From a bacterium (lineage in GTDB: Bacteria > UBA8248), in NCBI GenBank assembly GCA_965213625.1, contig CBDBZU010000004.1:2560001-2624000 (forward strand): a stretch of 64,000 bases of DNA, in the 5' to 3' direction. Each line of letters starts with the position of its first letter. Position 1 is the first letter of the stretch. The translations under genes were made by a program, and so were the position numbers. Under the pieces are notes generated by a model that saw nothing but the letters and a program-made list of their open reading frames with translations, ran no database searches and had not been told where the DNA came from. Positions 9,990-21,046 of the stretch are shown piece after piece.

Positions 9990-10790
9990 TCATTTCTTGC
10001 CTGTGAGCACGAGGAGGCGATTATAAGCGGTGGAAGCGTGCTGGTCATCGGGATACGAGTCCAGTAATGAACGATAGGCCTCTCCTGCTTTCTTGAAACT
10101 CTCCTCAATTCTGTAGCTTTCCCCAAGCTTGTACATGGCTTCGGCGCGCACTTGGGGGACGTCTTCAAAATCTCGAATGATTTCTTTGTAGCGTGGAATG
10201 GCGGAAACGCGCAGATTCGTCTTGAAGTAAAAATTCGCGACAAACAGAGCGTTGTTGGCAAGATGTTCCCTTAATTCTTCGATTTTCTGTTTGCCATCTG
10301 CCGTGTATTTCGAGCCGGGGAAGCGGCTCACGAGAGTTTGAAAATTTTCGAGAGCGTCTCTCGCAACGGAGGCGTCCTGGTCGATTTCGAGATTTCTCTG
10401 ATAATCGCTCATGGCTAGGAAATAATACGCTTTTGGCGTTCCGGCGCTTACGGGGTAGAGGCGTACATATTCGGCGTATTGCAATTTCGATTCGATGTAT
10501 TCTTCCCCTTGGTAGTAAGAATCTCCTAAACGCAACAGCGCGCTTCTGCGGTGTTTACTGTCTGGATGCTCCTCGAGTAAGCGCTTGAACGCGAGGCGCG
10601 CCGCCTCGAAGCGCTCGGCCCGCATATCCTCCTCGCCGATAACGAGCAACTCTCCGGGCGAAGCTTGTTGTTTCGGGCGCTTGGCGCAACCGCTCAGAAT
10701 GAGGAGTACGCAAACCAAGGAGAGAAAAACAGTCCCAATGTTGTGTGTAGAACGATTGAGCATACAATTCTCTATCAAAAGGAATATCAC
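9990..10790 (-). CDS. bamD: Outer membrane protein assembly factor BamD (lipoprotein)
   Basis: LSGC lipobox, TPRs, DQ..A..F..L..RFPxSKY. The start may be at 10763. Confidence 0.85.
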   Translation of the reverse strand: MIFLLIENCMLNRSTHNIGTVFLSLVCVLLILSGCAKRPKQQASPGELLVIGEEDMRAERFEAARLAFKRLLEEHPDSKHRRSALLRLGDSYYQGEEYIESKLQYAEYVRLYPVSAGTPKAYYFLAMSDYQRNLEIDQDASVARDALENFQTLVSRFPGSKYTADGKQKIEELREHLANNALFVANFYFKTNLRVSAIPRYKEIIRDFEDVPQVRAEAMYKLGESYRIEESFKKAGEAYRSLLDSYPDDQHASTAYNRLLVLTGKK

Positions 10791-10813
10791 CGTGCAGTTT
10801 CAGTTCAATCTGA

Positions 10814-10843
10814 ATCTTAGGAGAGCACCGGAGGAGGTGTCAA
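10814..10843 (-). promoter_or_regulatory. Putative sigma70 promoter for bamD-sigma-pgsA-plsY
   Basis: TTGACA-N18-TAAGAT on the minus strand. Confidence 0.5.
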
Positions 10844-10856
10844 GAAACCTCTGATT

Positions 10857-12593
10857 CTATCGGCGAACGATGAGTTTTTCCCCGGGGTAAATTTTGGCCG
10901 AGGCGCTCAGGCGGTTCCATGCGAGGAGCGTTTCCGTTGAAACCCCGTATCGTTGGGCGATGGTTGAGACGTTTTCTCCCGGTCCGACGAGATGGTGGGT
11001 TTGTTTGTCGTTGGTCCTTTCTGGTTTGGTGTCCTCGGCTTTTTCAAGGCGTTTTTTCGAGGGGAGGTGAATTTTCATACCGACGGACAGGCGCTTCGGG
11101 TCGATTCCGGAATTGCTCTGCACAAGTTTATTGGTGGAGATATTGTATTTCTTTGCGATGAGCCAAAAGTTCTCACCTTCTTGTACTACATGCTGATTCG
11201 GCAAAGGTGCGTTCCCGTTCACCGGTGCGGAATTTTCTAGAACTGACCTTAAGTTTTTGGACGGTTTTGGCAAAATAATTTTGGCGCCCACTTGAAGCCT
11301 TCTGGGATGGAGATGAGTGTTCATCTCGATAAGCTTGTCCAGCTTTATTCCGAATCTTTGTGCGATGTCGCCGAATGTATCTCCCGGTTGTATTCGGTAA
11401 TGGCCGGTAGAGGAGTGTAATTTAATGGAAAGTTTCGCCAGATTCGCGGTAAATCCCTCAGCCTCTTTATCCGGTAGGAATAGATGGTATCCATTGCTTG
11501 GGGGCGTAACGGATGTTCTCAACTCCGCATTGATTTCCCTCAAAGTGCTTAAAGGAACGTTCGAAATACGGGAAATCGCGCTCAAGCTGGTGCCATGAGT
11601 AAGTTTGACGGCTTTATAATCCCAGGAGTTTTCATAATCGATGCCTACGAAACCGAAAACTTCCGGGTTTTTAGCGATTATCATCCCTGCCAGGTACTTG
11701 GCGACGTAGTTGCGGGTTTCGTTGGGCAGGTATCTTGTTCTGGCGAGTGACCAATAGTCTTTTTGCTTCGATCTGCGAAGGGCTCTGGCGATGCGGTGCT
11801 CTCCCGCGTTGTATGCGGCGAGCGCCAGATGCCAATCCCCGAATTTCACATAAAGTTTCGATAGGTAGGCCGCGGCAGCTCGAGTGGATTTCATCGGGTG
11901 GCGGCGCTCATCCACATAATAATTAATTTTCAGGCCCATTCGCCTCGCAGTACCCGGCATGAACTGCCAGGGACCGACCGCGCCGGCTCTGGAGCGTGCC
12001 TTCAGGCTGAATCCGCTCTCAATCAAAGAGAGATAGGCCAAGTCTTGCGGCAGTTGGTGCTTTTTCAGAATTTGACGGAATAATTTGATATAGCGTCCCC
12101 CTCTGCCCAGCCAGACGGAAAAACTGACGCGTCCGGGACCCGTGAAATACTTAACCCAACGGTCCACGATGGCGTTACGAACGACGGGAACGTCATACAA
12201 GAAAGCTTTGGGTTTCTTGGCTTCCGGTGTTATGGGAGGCTTGTGAAACTCTCCGGTTTCAGGAACAGGCAAGCTGATGTCATGAGGGGAAGGTTCAGAG
12301 TCTTGAAACGTCTTTTCGTCCATGGATTCTTCAAGGTCCGGTCGCCTGGCGACTTTTTCGGTTGCCTTGGATGGTAATTCTTTCTGAGAGGCTGCAGGTA
12401 GTTTGAGCGTTGTTGATTTTGGAGCCGGGGGAGGGAGTAAAACCGTATTGCGGGGAGTAGATTGGGTGCGCGTCTCTATGGAGATGTTATTTGGTAATTT
12501 CTTAGGCTGAATTTCATTCTGGGCGACAGGCGCTGTGCTGCAGCCTGCTGCGAAAATACAGAACAGGAGAAAACATCTTCGTTTCATGAGCAA
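10857..12593 (-). CDS. mltD: MltD-like lytic murein transglycosylase with LysM repeats (lipoprotein)
   Basis: AAGC lipobox, IES, AVGPWQFM, AAYNAGE, ETRNYV and C-terminal LysM repeats. Confidence 0.88.
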   Translation of the reverse strand: MLMKRRCFLLFCIFAAGCSTAPVAQNEIQPKKLPNNISIETRTQSTPRNTVLLPPPAPKSTTLKLPAASQKELPSKATEKVARRPDLEESMDEKTFQDSEPSPHDISLPVPETGEFHKPPITPEAKKPKAFLYDVPVVRNAIVDRWVKYFTGPGRVSFSVWLGRGGRYIKLFRQILKKHQLPQDLAYLSLIESGFSLKARSRAGAVGPWQFMPGTARRMGLKINYYVDERRHPMKSTRAAAAYLSKLYVKFGDWHLALAAYNAGEHRIARALRRSKQKDYWSLARTRYLPNETRNYVAKYLAGMIIAKNPEVFGFVGIDYENSWDYKAVKLTHGTSLSAISRISNVPLSTLREINAELRTSVTPPSNGYHLFLPDKEAEGFTANLAKLSIKLHSSTGHYRIQPGDTFGDIAQRFGIKLDKLIEMNTHLHPRRLQVGAKIILPKPSKNLRSVLENSAPVNGNAPLPNQHVVQEGENFWLIAKKYNISTNKLVQSNSGIDPKRLSVGMKIHLPSKKRLEKAEDTKPERTNDKQTHHLVGPGENVSTIAQRYGVSTETLLAWNRLSASAKIYPGEKLIVRR

Positions 12594-12662
12594 GATACTT
12601 TCTCCCCAATTTCAGGCATTTCTCTCATAACGTTCAGAAAAGCGGAAAAACCACCGCCAGAT

Positions 12663-12692
12663 AGGATAGCAATCACCGGCAAGCTTGGTCAA
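12663..12692 (-). promoter_or_regulatory. Putative sigma70 promoter for mltD
   Basis: TTGACC-N18-TATCCT with an extended -10 TG. Confidence 0.45.
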
Positions 12693-12697
12693 ATGAA

Positions 12698-14146
12698 TTA
12701 CGCGCGGTGTTCGGAGGTGCGAGAATCCCGGAAAAGAGAGAGTTGATAGTCGTTATCCTCGACGGAAATTGGATATTGCCCCGAAAAACAAGCCGTGCAA
12801 AACGCCTCTTCATCCGGGTGCACGCAGTGGAGCAGGCCCTCCAGAGATAAATAGCGAAGACTGTCCGCCCTCAGGAATTGCCGAATTTCCTCAACACTGC
12901 TCGAAGAGGCTTTGAGTTCCGAGAGGGTAGGCATGTCGATACCGAAAAAACACGGGTGGGTGATGGGAGGGGAGCTGATGCGCATGTGAACTTCTTTTGC
13001 GCCTGCTTTCCGGATGAGTTCTACAATTTTTTGGCTCGTCGTTCCTCTGACGAGGGAATCATCGACCACGATGACCCGCTTGTCCTCCAGGAACTCTTTC
13101 ATGGGATTCAATTTGAGTTTGACGCCGAAATTTCGAATGGACTGTTCCGGCTCGATAAACGTACGGCCCACATAGTGGTTACGAATCAGGCCCCATTCAA
13201 GAGGCAAGCCCGATGCGTTCGCGTATCCGAGCGCGGCCGATAGGCCCGAGTCCGGAACGGGCGTGACGATATCCGCCTCCACGTTATCTTCCTCGGCGAG
13301 TCGAGCACCAAGTTTTCTCCTGACGGCATAGGCGTTTTTCCCAAAAATGAAGCTGTCCGGGCGGGCGAAATAGATGAACTCGAAAATACATTGTTGATGT
13401 TCAACGGACGGAGTAAAAGTGATGCTTTCTACTCCGTCTTTATCGATCACGACCATTTCGCCTGGTTCCACTTCCCGGACGTATTCGGCGTCGATCAGGT
13501 CGAGCGCACACGTTTCGCTCGCGAGGACCCAGGAGTCGCTCCCTCTTTGTGCGGCGGGGAGTTTGCCCAAAGCCAGAGGGCGGAAGCCAAGGGGATCACG
13601 GATGCCGATCAACTTTTCCTCGGTCATCATCGTGAGCGTATAGGCTCCCTCTAATCTCCTGACAGCTTCGATGATGGCTCCCTCAGTGGTTTTCTCATCG
13701 GAGCGAGCGATGAGATGCAAGATAACCTCACTGTCCGTCGAGCTGCGGAAAATGGAGCCGTTCGCTTCGAGCTCCTGACGCAAGGCGCCGCCATTGACGA
13801 GGTTTCCGTTGTGGCCGAGAGCGATTGTTCCCTTGGCGTAGTTAACCAGAAACGGTTGTGCGTTTTTAATGTCGGATTGCCCAGAAGTGGAGTAGCGATT
13901 GTGTCCGATGGCAATGCTGCCGGTAAGCTTGGCGATACGGTCTTCCGTAAAAACATCGGCAACGAGGCCCATACCGACTTCGCTGTGCACCCTCTCCCTG
14001 TTGGAGGCTACGATGCCCGCGCTCTCCTGTCCTCTGTGCTGAAGTGCGTAGAGACCCAGGTAGGCCATGTTGGCCGCTTCGGGGTGGCCGTAGATACCGA
14101 ATACGCCGCATTCTTCTTTCGGATGGTCATCTATCCAGGTAGACAT
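12698..14146 (-). CDS. purF: Amidophosphoribosyltransferase
   Basis: EECGVFG propeptide junction, LQHRGQE, DDSLVRGTT. Start at MSTW just after the purL stop. Confidence 0.97.
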   Translation of the reverse strand: MSTWIDDHPKEECGVFGIYGHPEAANMAYLGLYALQHRGQESAGIVASNRERVHSEVGMGLVADVFTEDRIAKLTGSIAIGHNRYSTSGQSDIKNAQPFLVNYAKGTIALGHNGNLVNGGALRQELEANGSIFRSSTDSEVILHLIARSDEKTTEGAIIEAVRRLEGAYTLTMMTEEKLIGIRDPLGFRPLALGKLPAAQRGSDSWVLASETCALDLIDAEYVREVEPGEMVVIDKDGVESITFTPSVEHQQCIFEFIYFARPDSFIFGKNAYAVRRKLGARLAEEDNVEADIVTPVPDSGLSAALGYANASGLPLEWGLIRNHYVGRTFIEPEQSIRNFGVKLKLNPMKEFLEDKRVIVVDDSLVRGTTSQKIVELIRKAGAKEVHMRISSPPITHPCFFGIDMPTLSELKASSSSVEEIRQFLRADSLRYLSLEGLLHCVHPDEEAFCTACFSGQYPISVEDNDYQLSLFRDSRTSEHRA

Positions 14147-14147
14147 C

Positions 14148-16385
14148 TCACAGCACCTCGGAGAGGGCGTTCGACCATGCCGCCACGATATTCGGCATGG
14201 CCAGGTTAATGAGGGGGGCATTATCGGTTGTTTTGACTACGAAAGCACTCTCCTGTACGCGACCAATGCGCGTAAGCTCCGCCCCGCAACTCTGTACAGC
14301 TTCTCGAAGCGCGCTCACCGACTGAGGAGATACGCTCACCAAAATGCGCGCTGCGGCTTCGCCGAATAACAAGCCGTCGAGCCGGCCCTCTTGCTCGGGA
14401 AGCCACACCTCGGCTCCAAGGCTGCTTTTCGGCGACGCGAGCGCGGATTCGGCCATAGCAATTCCCAATCCGCCTTCGGAAAGATCGTGTGCGGATTGCA
14501 GCAGACCTGATTCGATGCCGCGTCTGCACGCTGTTTGCACTGCTTTTTCCGCATCCAGCGAAATCTCCGGTGCGTCTCCTCCTTCTTCCCCTGTTTTCAC
14601 CCAAACGTACTCATGGGCGCATGCGTGCGGCAATGGCGCTTCGTCTTTGGGATGAATCAGAGCGATGGCGTCATCCTCCGAGACGAAACCATGGCTAGCT
14701 CTTTTATGGGTGTCATCGAGTAGTCCTACCATGCCGATGATCGGGGTGGGGTAGATGTCGATCTGGTGTGTTTCGTTGTAAAAACTCACGTTTCCGCTCA
14801 CCACGGGCAAGCCCAGTGAACGGCAAGCTTGCGCCATGCCCTCGATTGAGGAGGAGAATTGGAACATGACGGCGGGGCGCTCCGGATTTCCGAAGTTGAG
14901 GCAATTGGTAATCGCGAGCGGCTTTGCGCCCACGCAGCAGATGTTACGCGCGGCTTCCGCCACGGCGAAAATCCCCCCCTTGTAGGGATCGAGCATGCCG
15001 TATCGTGCGTTCCCGTCCGTCGTGAGGGCCAGAGCCTTGTTCGTGCCCTTTATTCGGATGACGGCGGCGTCTCCGCCCGGAGGTGTCATCGTGTTCGTGC
15101 GAACCCTGTGGTCATACTGACGCCATATCGGCTTTTTGTCCCCATGGTTGGGGTGAGCCAACATCTTGAGCAGGGAGACTCCTAAATCATCAGGCACCGG
15201 CAGTTTGTCTAACGGATCTTCGAGTGGGAGCCCGCGTTCTGGTTTTCTTGAGCGGTCATAGGAAGGCGCGTCATCCGTCAGCGAAGATACGGGCAGATCG
15301 GCGACTTCATCCCCACAGAAGGTTGCGCGAAGCCTCCCATCCCGGGTCACTTCCCCCACGACGGACATCGGCAAATCCCATCGTTCGAATATTTCCCGCA
15401 CCTCGGATTCTCTGCCTTTCTCAGCTACCAGCAGCATCCGCTCCTGGCTTTCCGAGAGCATCATCTCATAAGGCGTCATTGCCTCTTCCCGGCAAGGCAC
15501 CGCATCCAGGCGAAGCAGAAGGCCGGTGCCAGCGCGTCCCGCCATTTCGACGGAAGATGAGGTGAGGCCTGCGGCGCCCATATCTTGGATGCCGACCACG
15601 GAGCCGCGCTTCATCAATTCCAGGCATGCTTCGAGCAGGAGCTTTTCCCGGAACGGATCTCCCACTTGAACGGTGGGTCTCTTTTCGAGAGCGGTATCAT
15701 CGAAACCCGCCGACGCCATGGAAGCGCCGTGAATTCCGTCTCGCCCGGTGGGCGCGCCGACGTAGATGACTGGGTTTCCGACGCCAGAAGCCGTGCCCCG
15801 GAATATAGCGTCTGATCGCATGATGCCCGCGCACATGACGTTTACCAGAATGTTCCCGTTATAGCAGGGGTGAAATTTCGTTTCACCACCCACCGTCGGT
15901 ACGCCGATGCAATTCCCGTAACCTGCGATGCCACCTACGACACCGCCGACGAGATAAGGAGTGCGGGGATGTTCCGGCGCTCCGAAACGCAGGCTGTCGA
16001 GCAGCGCGATGGGCCGCGCGCCCATCGTGAAGATGTCCCTCAAAATGCCGCCCACTCCGGTGGCCGCACCCTGGTAAGGTTCGATGAAAGAGGGGTGGTT
16101 GTGGCTCTCCATCTTGAATGCGACGGCCAAGCCTTCACCTATGTCGACGACGCCCGCGTTTTCTCCGGGCCCTTGCAGGACGTGGGGTCCTTGCGTGGGA
16201 AACTTTTTCAGGTGGATGCGGCTGCTTTTATACGAACAGTGCTCATTCCACATGGCGGAGAAAACGCCGAGTTCCGTAATGTTGGGTTTGCGCCCCAAGG
16301 CTTCCTTTATCTTTTCCCACTCATCCGGGGAAAGACCATGGTCGAGGGCCATCTCTCGCGTGGCGAGCGTGTCTGTCGTGATCAT
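14148..16385 (-). CDS. purL: FGAM synthase subunit PurL
   Basis: [22 protein letters not shown] and SESQERM motifs; ATGA overlap with purQ. Confidence 0.97.
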   Translation of the reverse strand: MITTDTLATREMALDHGLSPDEWEKIKEALGRKPNITELGVFSAMWNEHCSYKSSRIHLKKFPTQGPHVLQGPGENAGVVDIGEGLAVAFKMESHNHPSFIEPYQGAATGVGGILRDIFTMGARPIALLDSLRFGAPEHPRTPYLVGGVVGGIAGYGNCIGVPTVGGETKFHPCYNGNILVNVMCAGIMRSDAIFRGTASGVGNPVIYVGAPTGRDGIHGASMASAGFDDTALEKRPTVQVGDPFREKLLLEACLELMKRGSVVGIQDMGAAGLTSSSVEMAGRAGTGLLLRLDAVPCREEAMTPYEMMLSESQERMLLVAEKGRESEVREIFERWDLPMSVVGEVTRDGRLRATFCGDEVADLPVSSLTDDAPSYDRSRKPERGLPLEDPLDKLPVPDDLGVSLLKMLAHPNHGDKKPIWRQYDHRVRTNTMTPPGGDAAVIRIKGTNKALALTTDGNARYGMLDPYKGGIFAVAEAARNICCVGAKPLAITNCLNFGNPERPAVMFQFSSSIEGMAQACRSLGLPVVSGNVSFYNETHQIDIYPTPIIGMVGLLDDTHKRASHGFVSEDDAIALIHPKDEAPLPHACAHEYVWVKTGEEGGDAPEISLDAEKAVQTACRRGIESGLLQSAHDLSEGGLGIAMAESALASPKSSLGAEVWLPEQEGRLDGLLFGEAAARILVSVSPQSVSALREAVQSCGAELTRIGRVQESAFVVKTTDNAPLINLAMPNIVAAWSNALSEVL

Positions 16386-17083
16386 GATGAGGCCACCATC
16401 CGCAGAACGGACATAAACATTCGCAACCCGTCCTCGCCGCCCACCAGATGATCGCAACTGCGTTCGGGGTGCGGCATGAGGCCCACCACGTTTCCCTGCA
16501 GGTTGCATATGCCCGCGATGTTTTCCATCGAGCCGTTGGGGTTCGCTTCGGGGTTCACGTCACCCTCTGCGTTGGCGTAGCGAAAAACAATCTGATCGTT
16601 ATCTTCGAGGTTGGCGAGTGTCCCGGGATCGCAGAAGTAGTTTCCCTCGCCGTGCGCAATGGTCATTTTGAGGATTTCTTCCGGCTCAATGCCGCATGTG
16701 AAGGGGGTTCTTGGGGTTTCGCATTTGAGCCAAACCTCGTCACAAACGAAGCGAAGCGACTCGTTTCGCCTCAAAGCCCCCGGCAGGAGGCCGGATTCGG
16801 TCAGGCACTGAAAGCCGTTGCATATACCGAGCAGGGGACGGCCCTCTCGGGCATGTGCGGATACAGCTTTCATGATGGGAGAGAAGCGTGAAATGGCGCC
16901 GGCTCTTAAGTAATCCCCGTAGCTAAAGCCTCCCGGGAGTATCACCACCTCCGCGTCTCCCAAAGAAGTCTCCTTGTGCCAGACGAAGCGCACCGGCTGA
17001 TTGAGAACGTCTTTTATGGCGTGATAACAGTCATGATCGCAATTTGAACCGGGGAAGACGATGACGGCGAACTGCATTGTCAT
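16382..17083 (-). CDS. purQ: FGAM synthase glutaminase subunit
   Basis: [22 protein letters not shown] and MPHPER motifs. Confidence 0.97.
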   Translation of the reverse strand: MTMQFAVIVFPGSNCDHDCYHAIKDVLNQPVRFVWHKETSLGDAEVVILPGGFSYGDYLRAGAISRFSPIMKAVSAHAREGRPLLGICNGFQCLTESGLLPGALRRNESLRFVCDEVWLKCETPRTPFTCGIEPEEILKMTIAHGEGNYFCDPGTLANLEDNDQIVFRYANAEGDVNPEANPNGSMENIAGICNLQGNVVGLMPHPERSCDHLVGGEDGLRMFMSVLRMVASS

Positions 17084-17340
17084 CTCTCACCATTCTTGGA
17101 TTCATCCGCCATTTCGATGCGGTAGTTTTCGATGACGGGGTTGGCGAGCAGGTCCTGGCACATTCTCTCCAGATCGTCATGAATGTTGGCTGTGTCATCG
17201 AGCTCAATCTCGATGAATTTTCCAACGCGCACATCACTCACGCCCTTGAAACCGAGAGAGGAGAGTGCTCCCCGAACGGCTTCCCCCTGGGGGTCGAGTA
17301 CGCCCGTTTTGAATGTCACGTAGACTTGGGCTTTCGGCAT
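17080..17340 (-). CDS. purS: FGAM synthase subunit PurS
   Basis: VLDPQG, VRVGK and LLANPVIE motifs. Confidence 0.96.
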   Translation of the reverse strand: MPKAQVYVTFKTGVLDPQGEAVRGALSSLGFKGVSDVRVGKFIEIELDDTANIHDDLERMCQDLLANPVIENYRIEMADESKNGER

Positions 17341-17359
17341 TACCACCTCTGGGCGAAAG

Positions 17360-18073
17360 TTAATCTATGACAAGCTTTTCGACTTCGGCGTATGCGTCTT
17401 CCACGTTGCCTAAGTCCCTGCGGAAGCGATCCTTGTCCAGTTTCCGGCCCGTTCCTTTTTCCCAGAAACGGCAGCCATCCGGCGTGATTTCATCACCCAG
17501 AAGCAGTTTGCCGCCCTCTGCCGCGCAGCGTCCGAACTCGAGTTTGAAATCCACGAGGTCTATGTTGCGCTCGGAGAAGAACGAGGTAAGGATGTCGTTC
17601 ACCTTGAATGCGTATTCGCGCATCTGTGCGAGTTCTTCGCGCGTCGCCAGTCCGAATGCAACGGCGGTGTCTTCGTTGATGAGCGGGTCGTCGAGTTCAT
17701 CGTTTTTCAGGTGCAGATCGACAATCGTGTTCGGAAGGCGCGCACCTTCTTCCACGCCCATTCTCTTGGCCAGGCTTCCAGCGATGATGTTTCTCAGCAC
17801 CACTTCGACCAGAATGATGTCGAGTTTCTTCACAAGCATCTCTCGCTCGGAGAGCTTTTCCACGAAATGCGTGGGTATGCCCTGACGTTCCACCTCTTGT
17901 AGCAGACGAGATGAGATGGAGTTGTTGAAGACGCCTTTTGCTACGATGGTGCCCAGTTTCTTGGCGTTGAATGCGGAAGCATCGTCTTTGAAGAACTGGA
18001 TGCAGTAGGCGGGGTTGTCCGTCTCGTAGATGATTTTGGCCTTGCCTTCGTAAAGTTGTTTGCCGCGTTCCAT
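17360..18073 (-). CDS. purC: SAICAR synthase
   Basis: YEGKAK, LVDFKLEFG, DEITPD and LDKDRFR motifs. Confidence 0.97.
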   Translation of the reverse strand: MERGKQLYEGKAKIIYETDNPAYCIQFFKDDASAFNAKKLGTIVAKGVFNNSISSRLLQEVERQGIPTHFVEKLSEREMLVKKLDIILVEVVLRNIIAGSLAKRMGVEEGARLPNTIVDLHLKNDELDDPLINEDTAVAFGLATREELAQMREYAFKVNDILTSFFSERNIDLVDFKLEFGRCAAEGGKLLLGDEITPDGCRFWEKGTGRKLDKDRFRRDLGNVEDAYAEVEKLVID

Positions 18074-18227
18074 GAACAATTCTCCATACGAGGATCGTTG
18101 AATTCGAGCCTTCTTCTCAGGGGTTATTCCAATATTTGAACGGGTTGAGAAACGACCATTCCGGGCGGTCAGGAGGTGCTATCCTAACATAACCGAGCCG
18201 GTGTTTGTCACCCTGTGGATTCAAGTT

Positions 18228-19535
18228 TCATTCCTCATCGGGACCGAAGACTCTTTCGAAAATCCGGTCAATATTTTTCAGGTGGGCGTCCATGTCGAAG
18301 CAGTGGGCGAGTTCCTCTTCACTCAACACACCTCCCACTTGGGGGTCCGCCGCCAGTTTCGTCTGAAAATCACCTCCCTCGGCCCAAACTTCCATGGCGG
18401 GAGCCTGAACTCGCGCGTAGGCTTCTTCCCGTGTCATGCCCGTTTTACGTATCAAGGCGAGCATGACGTGTTCGCTGAGGAGCAATCCCTTTGAGCGCGC
18501 GAGGTTTTCCAGCATCTTGTCGGGATAGACGACCCAGTTCTTCATCAAGTCGTTGAGTTTGACCAGCATGTAATCCACGAGAATTGTGCTGTCCGGCAAT
18601 ATGACGCGTTCCACGGATGAGTGGGATATGTCGCGTTCGTGCCATAAAGGAACGTTCTGGAGGGCCGCCGTAGCGTTTCCCTGGACAATGCGGGCCAAAC
18701 CGCACAACTGCTCCGAAACCACGGGGTTTCTCTTGTGGGGCATGGCGGAACTTCCCTTTTGTCCCTTGCTGAAGAACTCTTCCGCCTCGCCCACTTCGTT
18801 CCTTTGCAGGTGGCGTACCTCAGTCGCAACGCGGGAGATGCTCGCCGCCACGAGTGCTAGTGCAAGGTGATAATCCGCATGGCGGTCGCGCTGGATGATT
18901 TGGCTGCTGACACGGTCCACCTTGAGGCCCAGGCGCTCGCAGATGGCCTCTTCGGCATCCGGGGGGATGTGGGGACACGCGCCCACGGCGCCAGATATCT
19001 GGCCGACGCGGACGGCTTCACGCGCGCTTTGCATTCGCTCGAACGCGCGCTCGAACTCGGTGTACCAGGTGGCTATTTTGAGACCCAAAGTTGTGGGCTC
19101 GGCGTGCATACCGTGGGTTCTGCCCGATATAATTGTGCGTTTTTGTTCCAGGGCGCGTTCTTTCAGTGTCTGTTTGAGTTCCTGAATATCATCGAGAATG
19201 ATGTCGGCTGCCGAAATGAGCTGAAGCGCAAGGCCGGTATCGAGGACGTCGCTGCTCGTCATACCGAGGTGGATGTAGCGCGAGGATGGCCCTACATGCT
19301 CCGCCACGTTGGTGAGAAAGGCAATCACGTCGTGCTTGGTGACGCGTTCGATCTCTTTGATTCGCTCGGGTTCGAAAGCTGCTTTCGATTTAATCTCCTT
19401 AAGTGCCTCCGCCGGAATGTCACCGCGTGCGCTCATTTCCTCGCAAACGGCTATTTCCACGTCCAGCATGCGCTGCAGCTTTTCCCGTTCTTCCCATATT
19501 TTCGCCATATCGGGGCGTGTGTATCTCGGAATCAA
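18228..19535 (-). CDS. purB: Adenylosuccinate lyase
   Basis: MIPRYT, GRTHG and SSAMPHKRNP motifs. Confidence 0.97.
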   Translation of the reverse strand: MIPRYTRPDMAKIWEEREKLQRMLDVEIAVCEEMSARGDIPAEALKEIKSKAAFEPERIKEIERVTKHDVIAFLTNVAEHVGPSSRYIHLGMTSSDVLDTGLALQLISAADIILDDIQELKQTLKERALEQKRTIISGRTHGMHAEPTTLGLKIATWYTEFERAFERMQSAREAVRVGQISGAVGACPHIPPDAEEAICERLGLKVDRVSSQIIQRDRHADYHLALALVAASISRVATEVRHLQRNEVGEAEEFFSKGQKGSSAMPHKRNPVVSEQLCGLARIVQGNATAALQNVPLWHERDISHSSVERVILPDSTILVDYMLVKLNDLMKNWVVYPDKMLENLARSKGLLLSEHVMLALIRKTGMTREEAYARVQAPAMEVWAEGGDFQTKLAADPQVGGVLSEEELAHCFDMDAHLKNIDRIFERVFGPDEE

Positions 19536-20326
19536 GGAAGACCCTCCGTTATTCCTCCGGCTCCTACCAGGGGAGTCGGCTCATCCTGAGAGGCGCTCAG
19601 GAGATTTCTCTGTCCGTGGCCGTTCAACGCTTTTCTGGCTGTTTCCAGAAGAAGCTGGTTCTCATTGTTCTCCAGAGAGATATGAGCGCAGATGAGCCAC
19701 TCGAAATCGGCGGTAACGATATTCTTGAGCAGTTTCGCAGCTTCCTCGTTGCTGAGGTGTCCGAGCTTTCCTCGAATCCTCTGTTTGATCGGCCAGGGGT
19801 AGGGGCCGTTGATGAGCATTTCCACGTCATGATTGAATTCCAGGACAAGTCCTTGAAGCCCCTGGAGCCGCTGGCGCGCCAGATTCGTGGCGAATCCCAT
19901 ATCGGTAGCGAAGCCGACGCGGCGCCCGTCTTCAGCGTTGAAAATCATCCCGAAGGGGTCGGCCGCATCATGAGGCGTGCTGAAAGGCTCCACTTTTATA
20001 CTACCAATATGAAATGGGAGCCCCACTTCAATTTCCTTCCACGCAGGAGTTTCGCCTATCGTTTTCTGGCTCGCCGTGTATGTGGCTTTGTTCGTCCAAA
20101 GGGGCAGATTCCATCTCCTCGCCAGGGTGCCCGCGCTTCTGACGTGATCGATATGTTCATGCGTGAGCACGATGGCCATCAGGTCCTGCGGGCTTATACC
20201 GTAGATTTCGAGGCGTTTTGTGATTTGCCGTGCGCTGAGGCCAGAATCGACGAGAAACGTCGCACCGCTTGAGCGAACCAAGGCGGCGTTTCCCCGACTC
20301 CCGCTGCCTAAAATTCCAATTTCCAT
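19532..20326 (-). CDS. MBL-fold metallo-hydrolase (YycJ/WalJ-like)
   Basis: LGSGSRGN, THEHIDH, PHDA, TD and GHLSN motifs. Confidence 0.9.
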   Translation of the reverse strand: MEIGILGSGSRGNAALVRSSGATFLVDSGLSARQITKRLEIYGISPQDLMAIVLTHEHIDHVRSAGTLARRWNLPLWTNKATYTASQKTIGETPAWKEIEVGLPFHIGSIKVEPFSTPHDAADPFGMIFNAEDGRRVGFATDMGFATNLARQRLQGLQGLVLEFNHDVEMLINGPYPWPIKQRIRGKLGHLSNEEAAKLLKNIVTADFEWLICAHISLENNENQLLLETARKALNGHGQRNLLSASQDEPTPLVGAGGITEGLP

Positions 20327-20376
20327 GTTTCGCGTCCCGCCGTTAATTAGGCTCAGCCAATGAGGGCGATTTTTCG

Positions 20377-21036
20377 CTATTGCGATTCCCTGGTGAAAGC
20401 CTCATCAATGCAGTGGCAAATATAATGAAGAGCGGCTTCATGGGCTTCCTGTATGAACCCGGTGTCATTCGAGGGCACAGTCACCGAATGTCTCGCAGCA
20501 TGGGAGGCTGGGCCGCCACCCCCGCCGGTCATCGCGACGCCAACCAATCCAAGGGCGTCGGCTCGTTTGATAGCGGTGACGACATTGGCAGACTTGCCGC
20601 TCGTACTCAGACCCAGGGCGACGTCTCCCGCTCGTCCGTGCGCCTGAATTTGCCGTGCGAAAATTTCCTCGTACGTGTAGTCGTTCCCGATGGCGGTGAG
20701 TGCGCTCGTGTCACCGCTGAGGCAAATAGCGGGCAGAGGAGCGCGATCAGCCAGAAAGCGGCCTACGAGTTCGCCTGTGAAGTGCATGGCGAGTGCGGCG
20801 CTCCCCCCGTTGCCGAAGGCGATGATCTTCCTTCCGGACACCAGGCATTCGACGATGACGCTGGAGATATCGTCTACTTGCCGGGAGTAGTCGCTCGAGG
20901 CAAGCGATTCATACTTCACGGCGCGCTCGGCCAGGAATTCCTTTGCCGATGATCCCAAAGGATGCCTCTGAGTAGTGGGGCGGTAGGAAGGTGGATCAGG
21001 GCATCCACCCAGTGCCCTGCAATCTAGCCGATCCAC
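20377..21036 (-). CDS. gmhA: D-sedoheptulose-7-phosphate isomerase (SIS fold)
   Basis: GNGGSAA, GNDY, STSGKS and IQEAH motifs. True start is probably near 20958. Confidence 0.88.
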   Translation of the reverse strand: MDRLDCRALGGCPDPPSYRPTTQRHPLGSSAKEFLAERAVKYESLASSDYSRQVDDISSVIVECLVSGRKIIAFGNGGSAALAMHFTGELVGRFLADRAPLPAICLSGDTSALTAIGNDYTYEEIFARQIQAHGRAGDVALGLSTSGKSANVVTAIKRADALGLVGVAMTGGGGGPASHAARHSVTVPSNDTGFIQEAHEAALHYICHCIDEAFTRESQ

Positions 21037-21046
21037 GGGCTGAATT

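Noticed and set aside
14148-16508. N-terminal extensions of PurL and PurF in the ORF track
   Set aside because: They overlap upstream genes; internal ATGs at 16385 and 14146 give normal coupled starts.
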